Origin: an uncultured delta proteobacterium
GTDB lineage: Bacteria > Desulfobacterota > Desulfuromonadia > Desulfuromonadales > BM103
Assembly (NCBI GenBank): GCA_963715335.1
Contig: CAVQRZ010000030.1
Coordinates: 14,941-78,940 of the forward strand
Length of the DNA stretch: 64,000 nt
Direction of reading: 5' to 3'
Numbering within the stretch: the stretch's first letter is position 1; the number at the start of each line of letters is the position of its first letter. Under the pieces are notes generated by a model. The model had not been told where the DNA came from. It made no database searches and saw only the letters and a program-made list of their open reading frames with translations. The position numbers were made by a program, and so were the translations under genes. Shown here one piece after another: positions 1-10,117 of this stretch.

Positions 1-1842
1 GCCGAAGAGCTGCCCCTGAACCTCGACACAACCTCTTTTACGTAAAAAATCGAGCTGCATGGAGTCTTCTACACCGACTGCTGTCACCGACAGGTGCAGG
101 CTCTTGGCCATGCTCAGAATGGCTTCGGTGATTGCAGCGTAATCGGAGTTGTGAATAATATCTCGGATTAACTCCTGGGCGATTTTGATGCGGTGTATCG
201 GGAAATGCTTCAAATAGAGCAGCGAAGAATGGCCGGTGCCGAAATCATCAATGGATAGATTGATGCCACGAATCTTCAGGTCGGTCAATGCCATGATACT
301 GTCATTGACGTGGCCCATGACCGAGTTCTCGGCAAGTTCTATCTCCAGGGTGTTGGGCTTGATACCGGTCTCTTTCAAAGTAGACTCGAGATAGTCAATA
401 AAAGTAGGCTGGCGAATATGGTGTCCGGACAGGTTGACGGAGATGCGCATCGATGGCAGCCCCTGGTCCTGCCAGGCCCTTGCCTGGGTGCAGGCGGTTT
501 TCAGAACCCACTCTCCCAGGGGGAAGGCCAGGCCGCTCTCCTCTGCGATGTTGATAATCTGTCCGGAAGGGATCAGGGTCCCGTCGCTGTCATACCATCG
601 AATCAGTGCTTCGACTCCGGTGATGCGACCGGTTACAAGATTGACCTGGGGTTGGTAGTGCTGCTGAAGTTCTCCGCGACTCAGTGCCTTGCGCAGTCGG
701 CTTTCCAGATCGGACTTGGCCATCGCTGCAGCGTTCATCTCCTCCGAAAAAAACTGCATATTGTTGCGGCCGCGGCTCTTGGCGACATACATGGCCGTGT
801 CGGCGCTTTTCAAAAGTGACTGTGGGTCGTCGCCATCGACTGGGTAGATCGCGACGCCAACGCTGGCCGTTGTGAAAAACTCCCGGCGGCCGATCTGAAA
901 AGGCTGTCCGAGGGTTTCGAGAATGCGACGCCCCATGAGCGTGAAGTTCGGATCGTGGTTCGGGTCGGCTTGGATGATGACGAATTCATCGCCACCCAGG
1001 CGAGCAAAGGTGTCGCCACTGCGGATGTATTTCTTCAGGCGTTGGGCTACGGAGCGCAGGACCAGGTCGCCGACCGCGTGCCCCTGTGTATCGTTGATCA
1101 GTTTGAAGCGGTCCAGGTCGAAAAAGAAGACCCCTACCTGGCGTTTTTCCCGCTGAGCCTGGGTTATCGCCTGGACAATGCGGTCATTCATCAGGGCCCG
1201 GTTCGGCAGCCCGGTAAGGGTGTCAAAATAGGCCAGGCGTTCGATACGTTCTTCGGCGGCGCGATGGGTGGTGAGGTCATTGAGGACGGCGAGGCTTTCG
1301 GTCCGGCGGCCTTCAGAATCGCGCAGGGCGACTTCCGTAATAGAAACTTCAATAATCGACCCGTCTGCGCTGAGCAAGTGATAATTGATATCCTTGACCT
1401 GCCCGAGCTCTTCAAGTGCTTGAAAATGTTCGGCCCGCATCTGCGCTACATTGTCACCAACAACGAATTCAAAAAAATCCTTGCCGATAACGTCCTCACG
1501 GTCGTAGCCAAGGACGTCAAGCCAGGCCTGGCTGACATGCAGGAAACGCCCTTGATTATCCATCGAATGCAGTAGGGCAGGAGTGCTCTGGTAAAATTCC
1601 CGCGAGCGCTTTTCGCTTTTTTCGAGGCGGTTGGTCACGTCGCGCAGGCACGATGCAGTACGTCCGGCGAGCAGTCCGGCGAGTCCGCCGAACAGGACCG
1701 GCAGCCAGCTCTGCTGTACGGTCAGTGACAGACCGTAGAGGCCGTTAAGCAGAAAAATGACCGCAGCCGCGGTCAGCGATCCGGCAAAGAACCCGCGACA
1801 CAACAGCCGCAAGGACCGATTTTCTGGATCGGAAACGAACAT
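1..1842 (-). CDS. Membrane-anchored PAS-GGDEF-EAL diguanylate cyclase/phosphodiesterase (3' end runs off the window)
   Basis: Manual translation from ATG at 1842: two hydrophobic segments, a PAS-like stretch, RLGGDEF near 982-1002, HYQPQV...GVEALIRW, and EVQGQLFG at the window edge. Absent from the ORF track because there is no stop in the window. Confidence 0.9.
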   Translation of the reverse strand, partial: MFVSDPENRSLRLLCRGFFAGSLTAAAVIFLLNGLYGLSLTVQQSWLPVLFGGLAGLLAGRTASCLRDVTNRLEKSEKRSREFYQSTPALLHSMDNQGRFLHVSQAWLDVLGYDREDVIGKDFFEFVVGDNVAQMRAEHFQALEELGQVKDINYHLLSADGSIIEVSITEVALRDSEGRRTESLAVLNDLTTHRAAEERIERLAYFDTLTGLPNRALMNDRIVQAITQAQREKRQVGVFFFDLDRFKLINDTQGHAVGDLVLRSVAQRLKKYIRSGDTFARLGGDEFVIIQADPNHDPNFTLMGRRILETLGQPFQIGRREFFTTASVGVAIYPVDGDDPQSLLKSADTAMYVAKSRGRNNMQFFSEEMNAAAMAKSDLESRLRKALSRGELQQHYQPQVNLVTGRITGVEALIRWYDSDGTLIPSGQIINIAEESGLAFPLGEWVLKTACTQARAWQDQGLPSMRISVNLSGHHIRQPTFIDYLESTLKETGIKPNTLEIELAENSVMGHVNDSIMALTDLKIRGINLSIDDFGTGHSSLLYLKHFPIHRIKIAQELIRDIIHNSDYAAITEAILSMAKSLHLSVTAVGVEDSMQLDFLRKRGCVEVQGQLFG

Positions 1843-2058
1843 AAAACCCCCGTATATATAACATGCCTGCAAGCAAAAACCCGGGCCGGAAAGGGAGGAA
1901 AGCCCGGAACAATAAACTGGGCAATGCCCTATGTACATTCTATTGATTTTTTATGGCCTGTCAAACCAGACATGAGCCCCGGTGACAGTTCGTAATATTA
2001 TGTGCTAGTATGTCGTTTGTATCTGGCATCAATTAAGACTTTTGTTACAGGCAGGGGT

Positions 2059-2373
2059 ATGGCAAAACCGACAACCGACAATCAGATTCGTGCCGACGTG
2101 AAGCGCTGCCCGAGGCTCAGGCAGCCACCGATGTACACGGTTCTGATGCATAATGACGACTATACGACAATGGAGTTTGTCGTCGAAGCCCTGGTCGCGG
2201 TTTTTCATAAATCACCGACCGAAGCGAACCGGATTATGCTCCACATCCATTTCAAGGGCGCCGGGGTCTGTGGGGCCTTCCCGTACGAAATTGCCGAAAC
2301 CAAGGTCAGCAAGGTTCACGATATGGCGCGTAGGGCAGGTTTTCCGCTCCGCTGTTCTCTGGAAAAGGTCTGA
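2059..2373 (+). CDS. clpS: ATP-dependent Clp protease adaptor ClpS
   Basis: PPMYTVLMHNDDYTTMEFVV motif, FPLRCSLE C-terminus, directly upstream of clpA. Confidence 0.95.
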   Translation: MAKPTTDNQIRADVKRCPRLRQPPMYTVLMHNDDYTTMEFVVEALVAVFHKSPTEANRIMLHIHFKGAGVCGAFPYEIAETKVSKVHDMARRAGFPLRCSLEKV

Positions 2374-2461
2374 TATCTGTTACAATTACAGGACGTAAAG
2401 ATTAAGTCTGGATAGCTGTTCGCGGCCGAGCCCCGCAACATGGATGGAGTGATAGAAACGC

Positions 2462-4708
2462 ATGTTCAACCAGGAAGTGCAAATAACTTTTTCCCTTGCC
2501 GTAAGAGAGGCCCAGCGCCGGCATCACGAGTTCCTGACCACGGAACACGTGCTCTATGCCATGCTCTTTGACGACCAGGGGTGCGAGATACTCAAGGCGT
2601 GCGGCGGTGACGTAACCAGCTTGCGTGCAGACCTGGAGCTTTTCTTTGAGCAACACCTCGAATCGCTCGAGCGGCTCGAGGGAGATATGCCGGAGCAGAC
2701 CGTCGGTTTGCAGAATGTGTTGCAACGAACGGTAACGCATATGCAGTCTTCAGGTCGCGACGAGATCGGCGTCGGTGACATCCTTGCCGCCATCATGGAG
2801 CAGGAAGACTGCCTCGCTGCGCAGATTCTGCTGAGCGAAGGGCTGTCCCGTCTCGATGTGCTCAATTATGTCTCCCACGGGATTACCCGGGTGCCGATGC
2901 AGGATGACGTTTCAGGACAGCCGGAGCCTGACGAACAGTCCAGGCAAGCGCCGGGGGAGAAGAAGACCAAGAAGATCAATCCTCTCGAAGCCTTTACGAT
3001 CAACCTGCTCGAACGGGCGGCCAAGGGCAAGATCGACCCCCTGGTCGGCCGGCAGGCCGAACTGGAGAGGACCATCCAGATTCTCTGTCGCCGGCGCAAG
3101 AACAATCCGGTGCTGGTCGGTGAGCCAGGCGTTGGCAAGACGGCCATCGCCGAAGGATTGGCCTTGCGGATTCTCGACCAGGCTGTCCCGGAGCTTTTGC
3201 AGGACGCTGAACTCTTCGCCCTGGATATGGGGGCGCTGCTGGCCGGGACCAAGTATCGCGGCGACTTCGAAGAACGCCTCAAGGCCGTGGTCCAGGCCCT
3301 GTCAAAGCGCCCCCGGGCCATTCTCTGCATAGACGAGATTCATACGATTGTGGGCGCCGGTGCGACCAGCGGCAGTTCACTGGATGCCGCCAATATCCTC
3401 AAGCCGGTGCTCGGTACCGGGGAACTCCGCTGCATCGGCTCAACGACTTACGAGGAATACAAAAACCTCTTCGAAAAGGACCGTGCCCTGTCACGGCGCT
3501 TCCAGAAGATCGATGTCATGGAGCCGAGCGTCGAGGAAACCGTCGAGATCCTCGAAGGGCTCAAACGCTATTACGAAGAGCACCATGGCGTGAAGTACAC
3601 TGCTGCGGCACTCGAAGCCGCTGCCAGTCTTTCTGCGCGGCATGTCAATTTCCGCCGCCTGCCTGACAAGGCGATCGATGTTATCGACGAGGCCGGTGCC
3701 AGGCTCAGGCTCTATCCGCGCAAGCGCCCGACCATCGGTGTCACGGATGTCGAAGCGGTGATCGCCAGCATGGCCCGCATCCCGGCACGCAAACTGGCCC
3801 ACACCGATCGTCGCAAGTTGAAAGAGCTTGACAAGTCCCTCAAGCGCCAGATCTATGGTCAGGACCAGGCTGTCGAGCAACTCTGCCAGGCGATCCGCCG
3901 GGCCCGCGCCGGATTGGGCCAGCCGGAAAAGCCGACCGGGTCGTTCCTCTTTACCGGGCCGACCGGGGTCGGCAAAACCGAGGTTGCCAAACAGCTTGCA
4001 GCGCAGATGGGTGTTGAGTTCCTGCGGTTCGATATGAGCGAATACATGGAGAAGCATGCCGTGTCCCGCCTGATCGGATCCCCTCCCGGCTATGTCGGTT
4101 TCGAGCAGGGCGGTCTATTGACCGATGCCGTAATCCGTAATCCATATGCGGTGCTGCTGCTCGACGAGATCGAAAAGGCCCACCAGGACATCTTCAACAT
4201 TTTACTGCAGGTCATGGACCATGGCAGCCTGACTGACAACAATGGCCGTCAGGCCAATTTCCACAACGTGATCCTGATCATGACCAGTAATGTCGGGGCT
4301 CGGGAGATGAGCAGCGCACCGATCGGCTTCGGTGGCCGCCTGCCTGGAGAAGCCCGCCAGGCGGTCGAAAAGACCTTCTCGCCCGAATTCCGCAATCGGC
4401 TTGATGCAATTATCGCCTTCCGTGCCCTCGACGAAGACATCATGACCCGCGTCGTGGATAAATTTATCCGGCAGTTGCAGACGTCATTGTCGGACCGCAA
4501 GGTCGTCCTGACTCTGACCGACGGTGCCCGGCGCGACCTGGCGCGGCGCGGGTATGATCAGGTCTTCGGCGCCCGCCCGCTGGGTCGCCTGATCGAAAGC
4601 GAAATCGGCAACCTGCTGGCCGACGAAATCCTCTTTGGCTGCCTGGCCGGTGGTGGCAGGGTCCGCATAGGTTTCAAATCAGGCAAACTTGATTTCAAGT
4701 TTTCCTAG
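2462..4708 (+). CDS. clpA: ATP-dependent Clp protease ATP-binding subunit ClpA
   Basis: Clp N domain, two Walker A motifs (GEPGVGKT, GPTGVGKT), RFDMSEYME. Confidence 0.96.
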   Translation: MFNQEVQITFSLAVREAQRRHHEFLTTEHVLYAMLFDDQGCEILKACGGDVTSLRADLELFFEQHLESLERLEGDMPEQTVGLQNVLQRTVTHMQSSGRDEIGVGDILAAIMEQEDCLAAQILLSEGLSRLDVLNYVSHGITRVPMQDDVSGQPEPDEQSRQAPGEKKTKKINPLEAFTINLLERAAKGKIDPLVGRQAELERTIQILCRRRKNNPVLVGEPGVGKTAIAEGLALRILDQAVPELLQDAELFALDMGALLAGTKYRGDFEERLKAVVQALSKRPRAILCIDEIHTIVGAGATSGSSLDAANILKPVLGTGELRCIGSTTYEEYKNLFEKDRALSRRFQKIDVMEPSVEETVEILEGLKRYYEEHHGVKYTAAALEAAASLSARHVNFRRLPDKAIDVIDEAGARLRLYPRKRPTIGVTDVEAVIASMARIPARKLAHTDRRKLKELDKSLKRQIYGQDQAVEQLCQAIRRARAGLGQPEKPTGSFLFTGPTGVGKTEVAKQLAAQMGVEFLRFDMSEYMEKHAVSRLIGSPPGYVGFEQGGLLTDAVIRNPYAVLLLDEIEKAHQDIFNILLQVMDHGSLTDNNGRQANFHNVILIMTSNVGAREMSSAPIGFGGRLPGEARQAVEKTFSPEFRNRLDAIIAFRALDEDIMTRVVDKFIRQLQTSLSDRKVVLTLTDGARRDLARRGYDQVFGARPLGRLIESEIGNLLADEILFGCLAGGGRVRIGFKSGKLDFKFS

Positions 4709-4797
4709 TTGCCAGTCACTGGGGGCTGGGGCCAATTTGTTTTGTGCCATAATTACTCGCCAAACCCCAGCCTCCAGCCCCCGACCACCGGTGTCCC

Positions 4798-5492
4798 ATG
4801 CCCGTCTTCCGCCTCGCCGATGAAATAATTTTCCCTGACCCGAGGTGGGCGACACGGAAGGCTTGCTGGCCATTGGCGGCAATCTTTCTCCCGAACGCCT
4901 CGTCCTGGCCTATCGGCTCGGCATCTTTCCCTGGTATGGCGAAGGTGAGCCGATCCTTTGGTGGTCACCCGATCCGCGTTGCGTGCTCTTCCCGCAAGAA
5001 ATATATGTCTCGCGCCGTCTCGCCAGGGTTATCAGGCAGCGCCGCTTCCATCTGACTTGCAACCAGGCCTTTGCCGGGGTTGTAAATGCCTGTGCCGATG
5101 TTCGTGTTCAGAACGGCGAAGAGACCTGGCTGACAGCCGAAATGCGGGAGGCCTTTCAAAAATTGCACGAGCTTGGCTTTGCTCATTCCGTGGAAGCCTG
5201 GGAAGATGGCGAACTGGTCGGCGGTCTTTACGGTGTTGCCATGGGTAAGTTTTTTTTCGGTGAGTCGATGTTCCATCACCAAACGAATGCCTCAAAGGTG
5301 ATCCTCGCGCAACTGCTCCGCTATCTGGGCAGAGAGGGCTTCCTCCTGTTGGACTGCCAGGTCCCCAATCCGCATCTGACCAGCATGGGTGCTCGCGGGA
5401 TTCCTCGACATGATTTTCTTGAACTCCTGGCCGGAGGAGGGCTGGGACCTGACGGAAGGGCGGAAAAGGTTTTGATGCCGGAGGTTTTATAG
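4798..5492 (+). pseudogene. aat: Leucyl/phenylalanyl-tRNA-protein transferase, frameshifted near 4850 (possibly a sequencing error)
   Basis: MPVFRLADEIIFPDPRW in one frame continues as DTEGLLAIGG..WWSPDPR..FFGESMF in another; one added base restores a single ORF. Confidence 0.85.
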
Positions 5493-5546
5493 AAAAAACG
5501 GGGGGGCATCGGTTGCCCTTTGCTATTGTCCTTTGCAATTCAAAGA

Positions 5547-5970
5547 TAAAAGCAAAACCCGGGGGTCGCGCCCCCCGACTGCGCCTTACTCTTTTGCTGG
5601 CCCAAAAGAGTAAGAGAAAAGGGCCTGCGCTGCGCTGGGCATGTCTGGTTCGGCAGGGCGGCAACATCAATGCAGGACGTTCTGAACGATCAAAAGCCTA
5701 CGCTTCCCCCGCAGGAACCGAGGCTCTTGAGAGCCTCTCCTGCTGTGGAAGCTTGCGTCGGTCGAGGTTGTTTTGGCTTCTCCCATGTAAATGACACGGC
5801 AAGGTCAGGCCCTTTGACACAGGGCCGGATCCCCATCACAGCCACTCCTCGAAGTCACAGAAACCCGGCAGAGGAGATGCCCTCCGCAAGGAGAAGGCAC
5901 TTTTGCATACTTTTGTTGCCGGACAAAAGTATGGCGTCGGGCGGGACGCGACCCGCCGGTTTTGCTTTTA
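5547..5970. mobile_element. MITE/REPIN-like structured element with terminal inverted repeats
   Basis: TAAAAGCAAAACC (5547-5559) and GGTTTTGCTTTTA (5958-5970) form a perfect 13-bp inverted repeat, extending imperfectly about 75 bp inward; nested internal hairpins. Confidence 0.6.
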
Positions 5971-5990
5971 GGCATTTCAAGAAAAGAAAA

Positions 5991-6087
5991 GGGCAACAGA
6001 TGAACCATCTGTTGCCCTAAGCTTCATAGAAACTCCACCTCACAGCTAAAAAACCCCGCATCACGTGCGGGGTTTGTCGACAATCCG
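5991..6087. repeat. Dispersed ~95-bp double-palindrome repeat, copy 1
   Basis: GGGCAACAGAT-GAACC-ATCTGTTGCCC and CCCCGCATCACGTGCGGGG; homologous inverted copy at 45472-45575. Confidence 0.8.
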
Positions 6088-6088
6088 A

Positions 6089-6115
6089 AGCACCTCCGCG
6101 AAAGGGGTGCTTTTT
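6089..6115 (+). terminator. Rho-independent terminator-like hairpin
   Basis: AGCACCTC-CGCGAAA-GGGGTGCT followed by a T run. Confidence 0.55.
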
Positions 6116-6336
6116 AACTTGGTATGGCGTGGAGATCTTTTTGGTTCCGTTCGAAATGACGCAAGTGACCGCCGCCCGGCGGGTGCCGGCGCTCGGTCAT
6201 CGCCCAATATTGTTACCGGCACTGCGTCACATCACTATGTTCATCGGTATGGATTCGCAACGCCAATGGCGGCGCGGTCATCTAACCTGCAGAATTACAG
6301 GGACATTTTCACTAATTAACGGCAAATCTAAAAATA

Positions 6337-6352
6337 TGGAGCTCCCTTTGCA
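6337..6352 (+). promoter_or_regulatory. Putative sigma-54 -24/-12 promoter
   Basis: TGGAGCTCCCTTTGCA has GG-N10-GC spacing, about 60 bp upstream of the 6412 start. Confidence 0.4.
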
Positions 6353-6411
6353 AAAACACCTTGGATCGAGCCTTTTTAATCTCATGAACCTATCGGCTCA
6401 AGGAGGCCTTT

Positions 6412-7833
6412 ATGTCACTGCTTGCCATGATCGAGAGCAATCCGCTCACCACGTATCCGATCCTGTTAATCCTGCTGCTGGTCCTGCTCTACCTGGCCCG
6501 CCATCAGGCCCACCACATGGTCCGTTCGTTCACCCGCATTGCCTCGCAGGCACTGCGTCTGGCAGCCAGATCCCTTCTGCTTGCCGAGAGCAAGCTGCAG
6601 AGGCGCAATCGTGAAGTTCTCCTCGCCGCCGGTGCTGGCGAAATAGAGAAGGAACTGGAGCGGGAATTCCAGCGCGTCGATGCCGTAGTCAAGCGTGATC
6701 TGCAAAGCTATCCCGCTTTTCATCGCAACATGTCCGATCTGATCGCCCGTATTGATGAGGACTACCGGCAAAGCACGGAGGCCCCGCCATCGCCACCGGC
6801 CTGGATTTCAGCCATTGAAGCGGTCGCCAAGGTGCCGAACAGTGATGGCGGGGTTGTCGAGATTCTCGGGGAAATCAACAAGACCCTCGACCGTCACCAC
6901 AAGTCGGCCATGGATGATTACCGCAAGTCGAGCCAGCAGCGCCACGGCCTGCTCAACAAGATGATGCCGGTCTGGCGCAAACTGAGCGAGACCCTGGAGC
7001 ATGTCGGCAAGACCATCAACGGCCTGCATGAACGCTCGGAACTGATTACCGCCAAAATGGATGAGTACGAAAAGATCCGCATCGGCGCGGACGAAGCAGA
7101 GCGCCGTCTCTCTTCATCTTCCCTGACCCAGTTTTTCATCTCCGGCCTGGTCATGGCGATTGCCATCGGCGGAGCCATCATCAACTTCAACCTGATTGCC
7201 TTGCCGATGTCTGAAATGGTCGGTGGCGGCAGCTACATCGGCAGCTTCAAAATTTCCGATGTTGCCGCTCTGGTCATCATCCTGGTCGAAATCACCATGG
7301 GCTTGTTCCTGATGGAATCGCTGCGCATCACCCATCTCTTCCCGGTTATCGGCCAACTCGATGACCGGATGCGGCGGAAGATGATCTGGATTTCATTTGC
7401 TTTGCTGTTTACCCTGGCTGGCGTCGAATCGGCGCTTGCCTTCATGCGCGACCAAATTGCTACCGATCTGCAGGCGTTGCGGCAAACATTGTCCGGAGTC
7501 GAGATTGCAGCGGGTCAGGTCTCGAGCATGATCCCGACCGTCGGCCAGATGATTCTCGGCTTTGTCCTCCCGTTCGCCCTGACCTTTGTCGCCATCCCTC
7601 TGGAATCGTTTGTCCACTCGTCACGCACGGCGATCGGTCTGTCTCTCGGCTTTCTGTTGCGTATCGGGGCATTCCTGCTGCGCCTGATCGGCAACCTTAT
7701 CAATCATCTCGGCAAAGCCATTATTTCCTTGTACGACCTCGCCATATTCCCGGCGATCTGGATCGAGGAAAAACTCAGGAAGTCGCCGGTGGCAGCAAAA
7801 TCCGAAACATTGCCCAAGGAGGTTCATCCATGA
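6412..7833 (+). CDS. Uncharacterised polytopic membrane protein with a long coiled-coil region
   Basis: 473 aa, RBS GGAGG, N-terminal TM helix, ~200-aa charged helical region, several C-terminal hydrophobic helices. Confidence 0.85.
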   Translation: MSLLAMIESNPLTTYPILLILLLVLLYLARHQAHHMVRSFTRIASQALRLAARSLLLAESKLQRRNREVLLAAGAGEIEKELEREFQRVDAVVKRDLQSYPAFHRNMSDLIARIDEDYRQSTEAPPSPPAWISAIEAVAKVPNSDGGVVEILGEINKTLDRHHKSAMDDYRKSSQQRHGLLNKMMPVWRKLSETLEHVGKTINGLHERSELITAKMDEYEKIRIGADEAERRLSSSSLTQFFISGLVMAIAIGGAIINFNLIALPMSEMVGGGSYIGSFKISDVAALVIILVEITMGLFLMESLRITHLFPVIGQLDDRMRRKMIWISFALLFTLAGVESALAFMRDQIATDLQALRQTLSGVEIAAGQVSSMIPTVGQMILGFVLPFALTFVAIPLESFVHSSRTAIGLSLGFLLRIGAFLLRLIGNLINHLGKAIISLYDLAIFPAIWIEEKLRKSPVAAKSETLPKEVHP

Positions 7834-8474
7834 AGAGCCTCGCCTGTTTCCTGACCGGATTGCTCCTGCTCGCGGGCGGCTGCTCTGACACCACGAGCCA
7901 TTCGAAAGCAGTCTACATGCTGCTCGACACTTCCGGGACCTACACCCGTGAACTAGACAAGGCGGCCGCAATCGTCAGCTACCTGCTCGGCACTTTGCAG
8001 CCGGGTGATTCGTTGGCTGTCGCCAGGATCGATACCGGCAGTTTCAGTGAGAAGGATATCGTCCAGAAAATGACCTTCGATGGCCGCCCGTCGGTCTCAA
8101 CCCAGCAAAAAAGGGTGTTCAAACAGAACATCGACACCTTCGTCAAGGAGGCCAAGGGGGCTGCTTACACCGACATTACCGGTGGTATTCTGCAAGCCGC
8201 CGAGTTTCTCGACGAGACCGGCTCCGGCCGCAAGGTGATCCTGATCTTCTCCGATATGGAGGAGGAGCTCGCCGAGGGATATGAACGGAACATTCCCCTG
8301 CCGCTCGAAGGGATCGAGGTGGTCGCTCTGAACGTCACCAAGCTGCGCGGCGACATCATGGACCCACGCAAGTACATGGGGCGCCTGGAAGACTGGAAAA
8401 AAAAGGTCGAGCAGGGCCAAGGACAATGGCGGGTGATCAATGATCTGGAACGCCTGGAACGGATTCTGGAATAA
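7830..8474 (+). CDS. vWA-domain lipoprotein
   Basis: Lipobox-like LLAGGC; MIDAS-like LLDTSGT...TDI...IFSDM; ATGA overlap with the upstream gene. Confidence 0.8.
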   Translation: MKSLACFLTGLLLLAGGCSDTTSHSKAVYMLLDTSGTYTRELDKAAAIVSYLLGTLQPGDSLAVARIDTGSFSEKDIVQKMTFDGRPSVSTQQKRVFKQNIDTFVKEAKGAAYTDITGGILQAAEFLDETGSGRKVILIFSDMEEELAEGYERNIPLPLEGIEVVALNVTKLRGDIMDPRKYMGRLEDWKKKVEQGQGQWRVINDLERLERILE

Positions 8475-8496
8475 ATCTGATTGACCAACATGTCGC

Positions 8497-8533
8497 AGAA
8501 AAGGCCCGAAGCGATCGCTCCGGGCCTTTTCTT
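8497..8533. terminator. Bidirectional terminator
   Basis: AGAAAAGGCCCG...CGGGCCTTTTCT between convergent genes. Confidence 0.8.
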
Positions 8534-8556
8534 ACTAGTGATTGTTAAAGCGAGGA

Positions 8557-8757
8557 TTAGTCTTTGCGCATCAAGCGCATCTTCTTACGCAGGCGCCGTT
8601 GGGCTTCTTTCTCTTTACGCTTGCGCTTGACGCTGGGCTTTTCGTAGAACTTGCGCTGCTTCATTTCCCGGAAGAGCCCTTCCTGCTGCAACTTGCGCTT
8701 GAGAACCCGGATGGCTTTTTCGACATTGTTGTCGACCACATGGATCTCCACCTGCAA
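8557..8757 (-). CDS. rpsU: 30S ribosomal protein S21
   Basis: [15 protein letters not shown]...[12 protein letters not shown]. Confidence 0.95.
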   Translation of the reverse strand: MQVEIHVVDNNVEKAIRVLKRKLQQEGLFREMKQRKFYEKPSVKRKRKEKEAQRRLRKKMRLMRKD

Positions 8758-8857
8758 TCACCTCGCTTTCCTAAACAAATAATTCCCCTGAGGGGAATGA
8801 GTGCGGACTATAACGGATTTTTTTTTACAGTGCAAGCGGGAATCTGCAAAAAAGCCG

Positions 8858-9979
8858 TCATCTCGCCGATCCGGCAGCGTAGAGGCCAACCGACAGGCCG
8901 CCATTGTCGAGTTCGGCGAGCTGTTTGAAAGGTAAACCGGTTGCCTTGATCAACGTCGGGTCGGGGCAAAGCATCGCTATTCGCCACCCCTGGTAAACAC
9001 GGCCGAGGTGGTCACCGATTTCCCGATAGCAGGCTTTCGGATCGTCATCGAGTGGTAGCCGCTTGCCGTAGGGCGGGTTGCAGACGACCAGCCCTTGGCC
9101 GTCGTGAATCGGCTGGTTGGCGAGTGAGAGCCGGGTGACGCTGACCAGGCCGGAGTCGCCGCTTCGTTGGCAGTTGTCCCGCGCGATTGCAACCGCATCG
9201 GCATCGGTGTCGTATCCGCTGATGGACCCTTCGCAGTCAACCTGCCCGCGTTGTGCCTCATCGCAAAGGAGCGTCCACAAACCCTGACGGTAGCCGGGCC
9301 ATGCCATGAAGGCAAACGGACGATGGAGGCCGGGGGCTTGCCGTCGCGCAAGCAAAGCCGCCTCGAGGAGAAAGCTTCCCGAACCGCACATCGGATCGAC
9401 CAGGGGGTCGTGCCCTTGCCAACCAAGCAGCATAAGGATCCCGGCTGCCAGGGTCTCGCGTAGCGGCGCCGCAGTCACAGCTTTGCGGTAGCCACGACGG
9501 TGGAGCAGTTCACCGGAACTGTCGATCGAAATGGTCACGACATCGTCAACGATTCTGACCATAATCAGCTGTGGATTTTTCCCGACCGGGGTGGTCGAGC
9601 GGCCGAGGGCCTGGTTGAGTGCCGATTCGAGGGTCTCTGCAACCCGCGTGGTGTGGTTGAGTCGCGAGCCATGACAGGTTATGCGGAAAGCAACCGGAGT
9701 TTCCGGGCGGATGAAGCGTCCCCAGGGCAGCCGTTGCGCCTTGCGATACAGGTCGGGGAAATCTCGGCTGCGACATTCAGCGAACCGGACCAGGATTCGA
9801 GAGGCAGTCCTCAACCACAGGTTGGCAAGGTATAGTTCACGCAGTCGGCCGGCACAGGCGATCCCTCCCGTATCGATTTTCAGGGGAGGCATGTCGATGG
9901 CGGTCAGTTCTGCAGCACAGGTTTTTTCCAGTCCAGGCGAGACAACAATATAAAAATTTTCGATGCGGCGATGGTCCAT
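8858..9979 (-). CDS. THUMP-domain class I SAM-dependent RNA methyltransferase (RlmL-like)
   Basis: NLWLRTASR, LHRRGYR, APLRETLAA, DPMCGSG, NPPYG; start chosen at ATG 9979. Confidence 0.88.
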   Translation of the reverse strand: MDHRRIENFYIVVSPGLEKTCAAELTAIDMPPLKIDTGGIACAGRLRELYLANLWLRTASRILVRFAECRSRDFPDLYRKAQRLPWGRFIRPETPVAFRITCHGSRLNHTTRVAETLESALNQALGRSTTPVGKNPQLIMVRIVDDVVTISIDSSGELLHRRGYRKAVTAAPLRETLAAGILMLLGWQGHDPLVDPMCGSGSFLLEAALLARRQAPGLHRPFAFMAWPGYRQGLWTLLCDEAQRGQVDCEGSISGYDTDADAVAIARDNCQRSGDSGLVSVTRLSLANQPIHDGQGLVVCNPPYGKRLPLDDDPKACYREIGDHLGRVYQGWRIAMLCPDPTLIKATGLPFKQLAELDNGGLSVGLYAAGSAR

Positions 9980-10117
9980 GAGTTGTTTCGATCGTCTTTC
10001 TGAAAGTGATGGCTCAGTATTTGCCGTAAACAACACCCGGGTCAGGGGATGAATTGAAAAGGGTTGGCCTGGTCGAAAACGGCTAATGGTGGCCAACTTT
10101 GCTGATGGCGGCCAATC

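Noticed and set aside
310..1575. Plus-strand ORFs 310-819 and 955-1575, and similar long antisense ORFs such as 27897-28964, 32627-33799 and 48104-49291
   Set aside because: Antisense shadows of well-supported genes, expected in GC-rich DNA.
5513..6400. Several ORFs of about 70-160 aa in the repeat region
   Set aside because: They overlap palindromic non-coding elements and show no recognisable motif.
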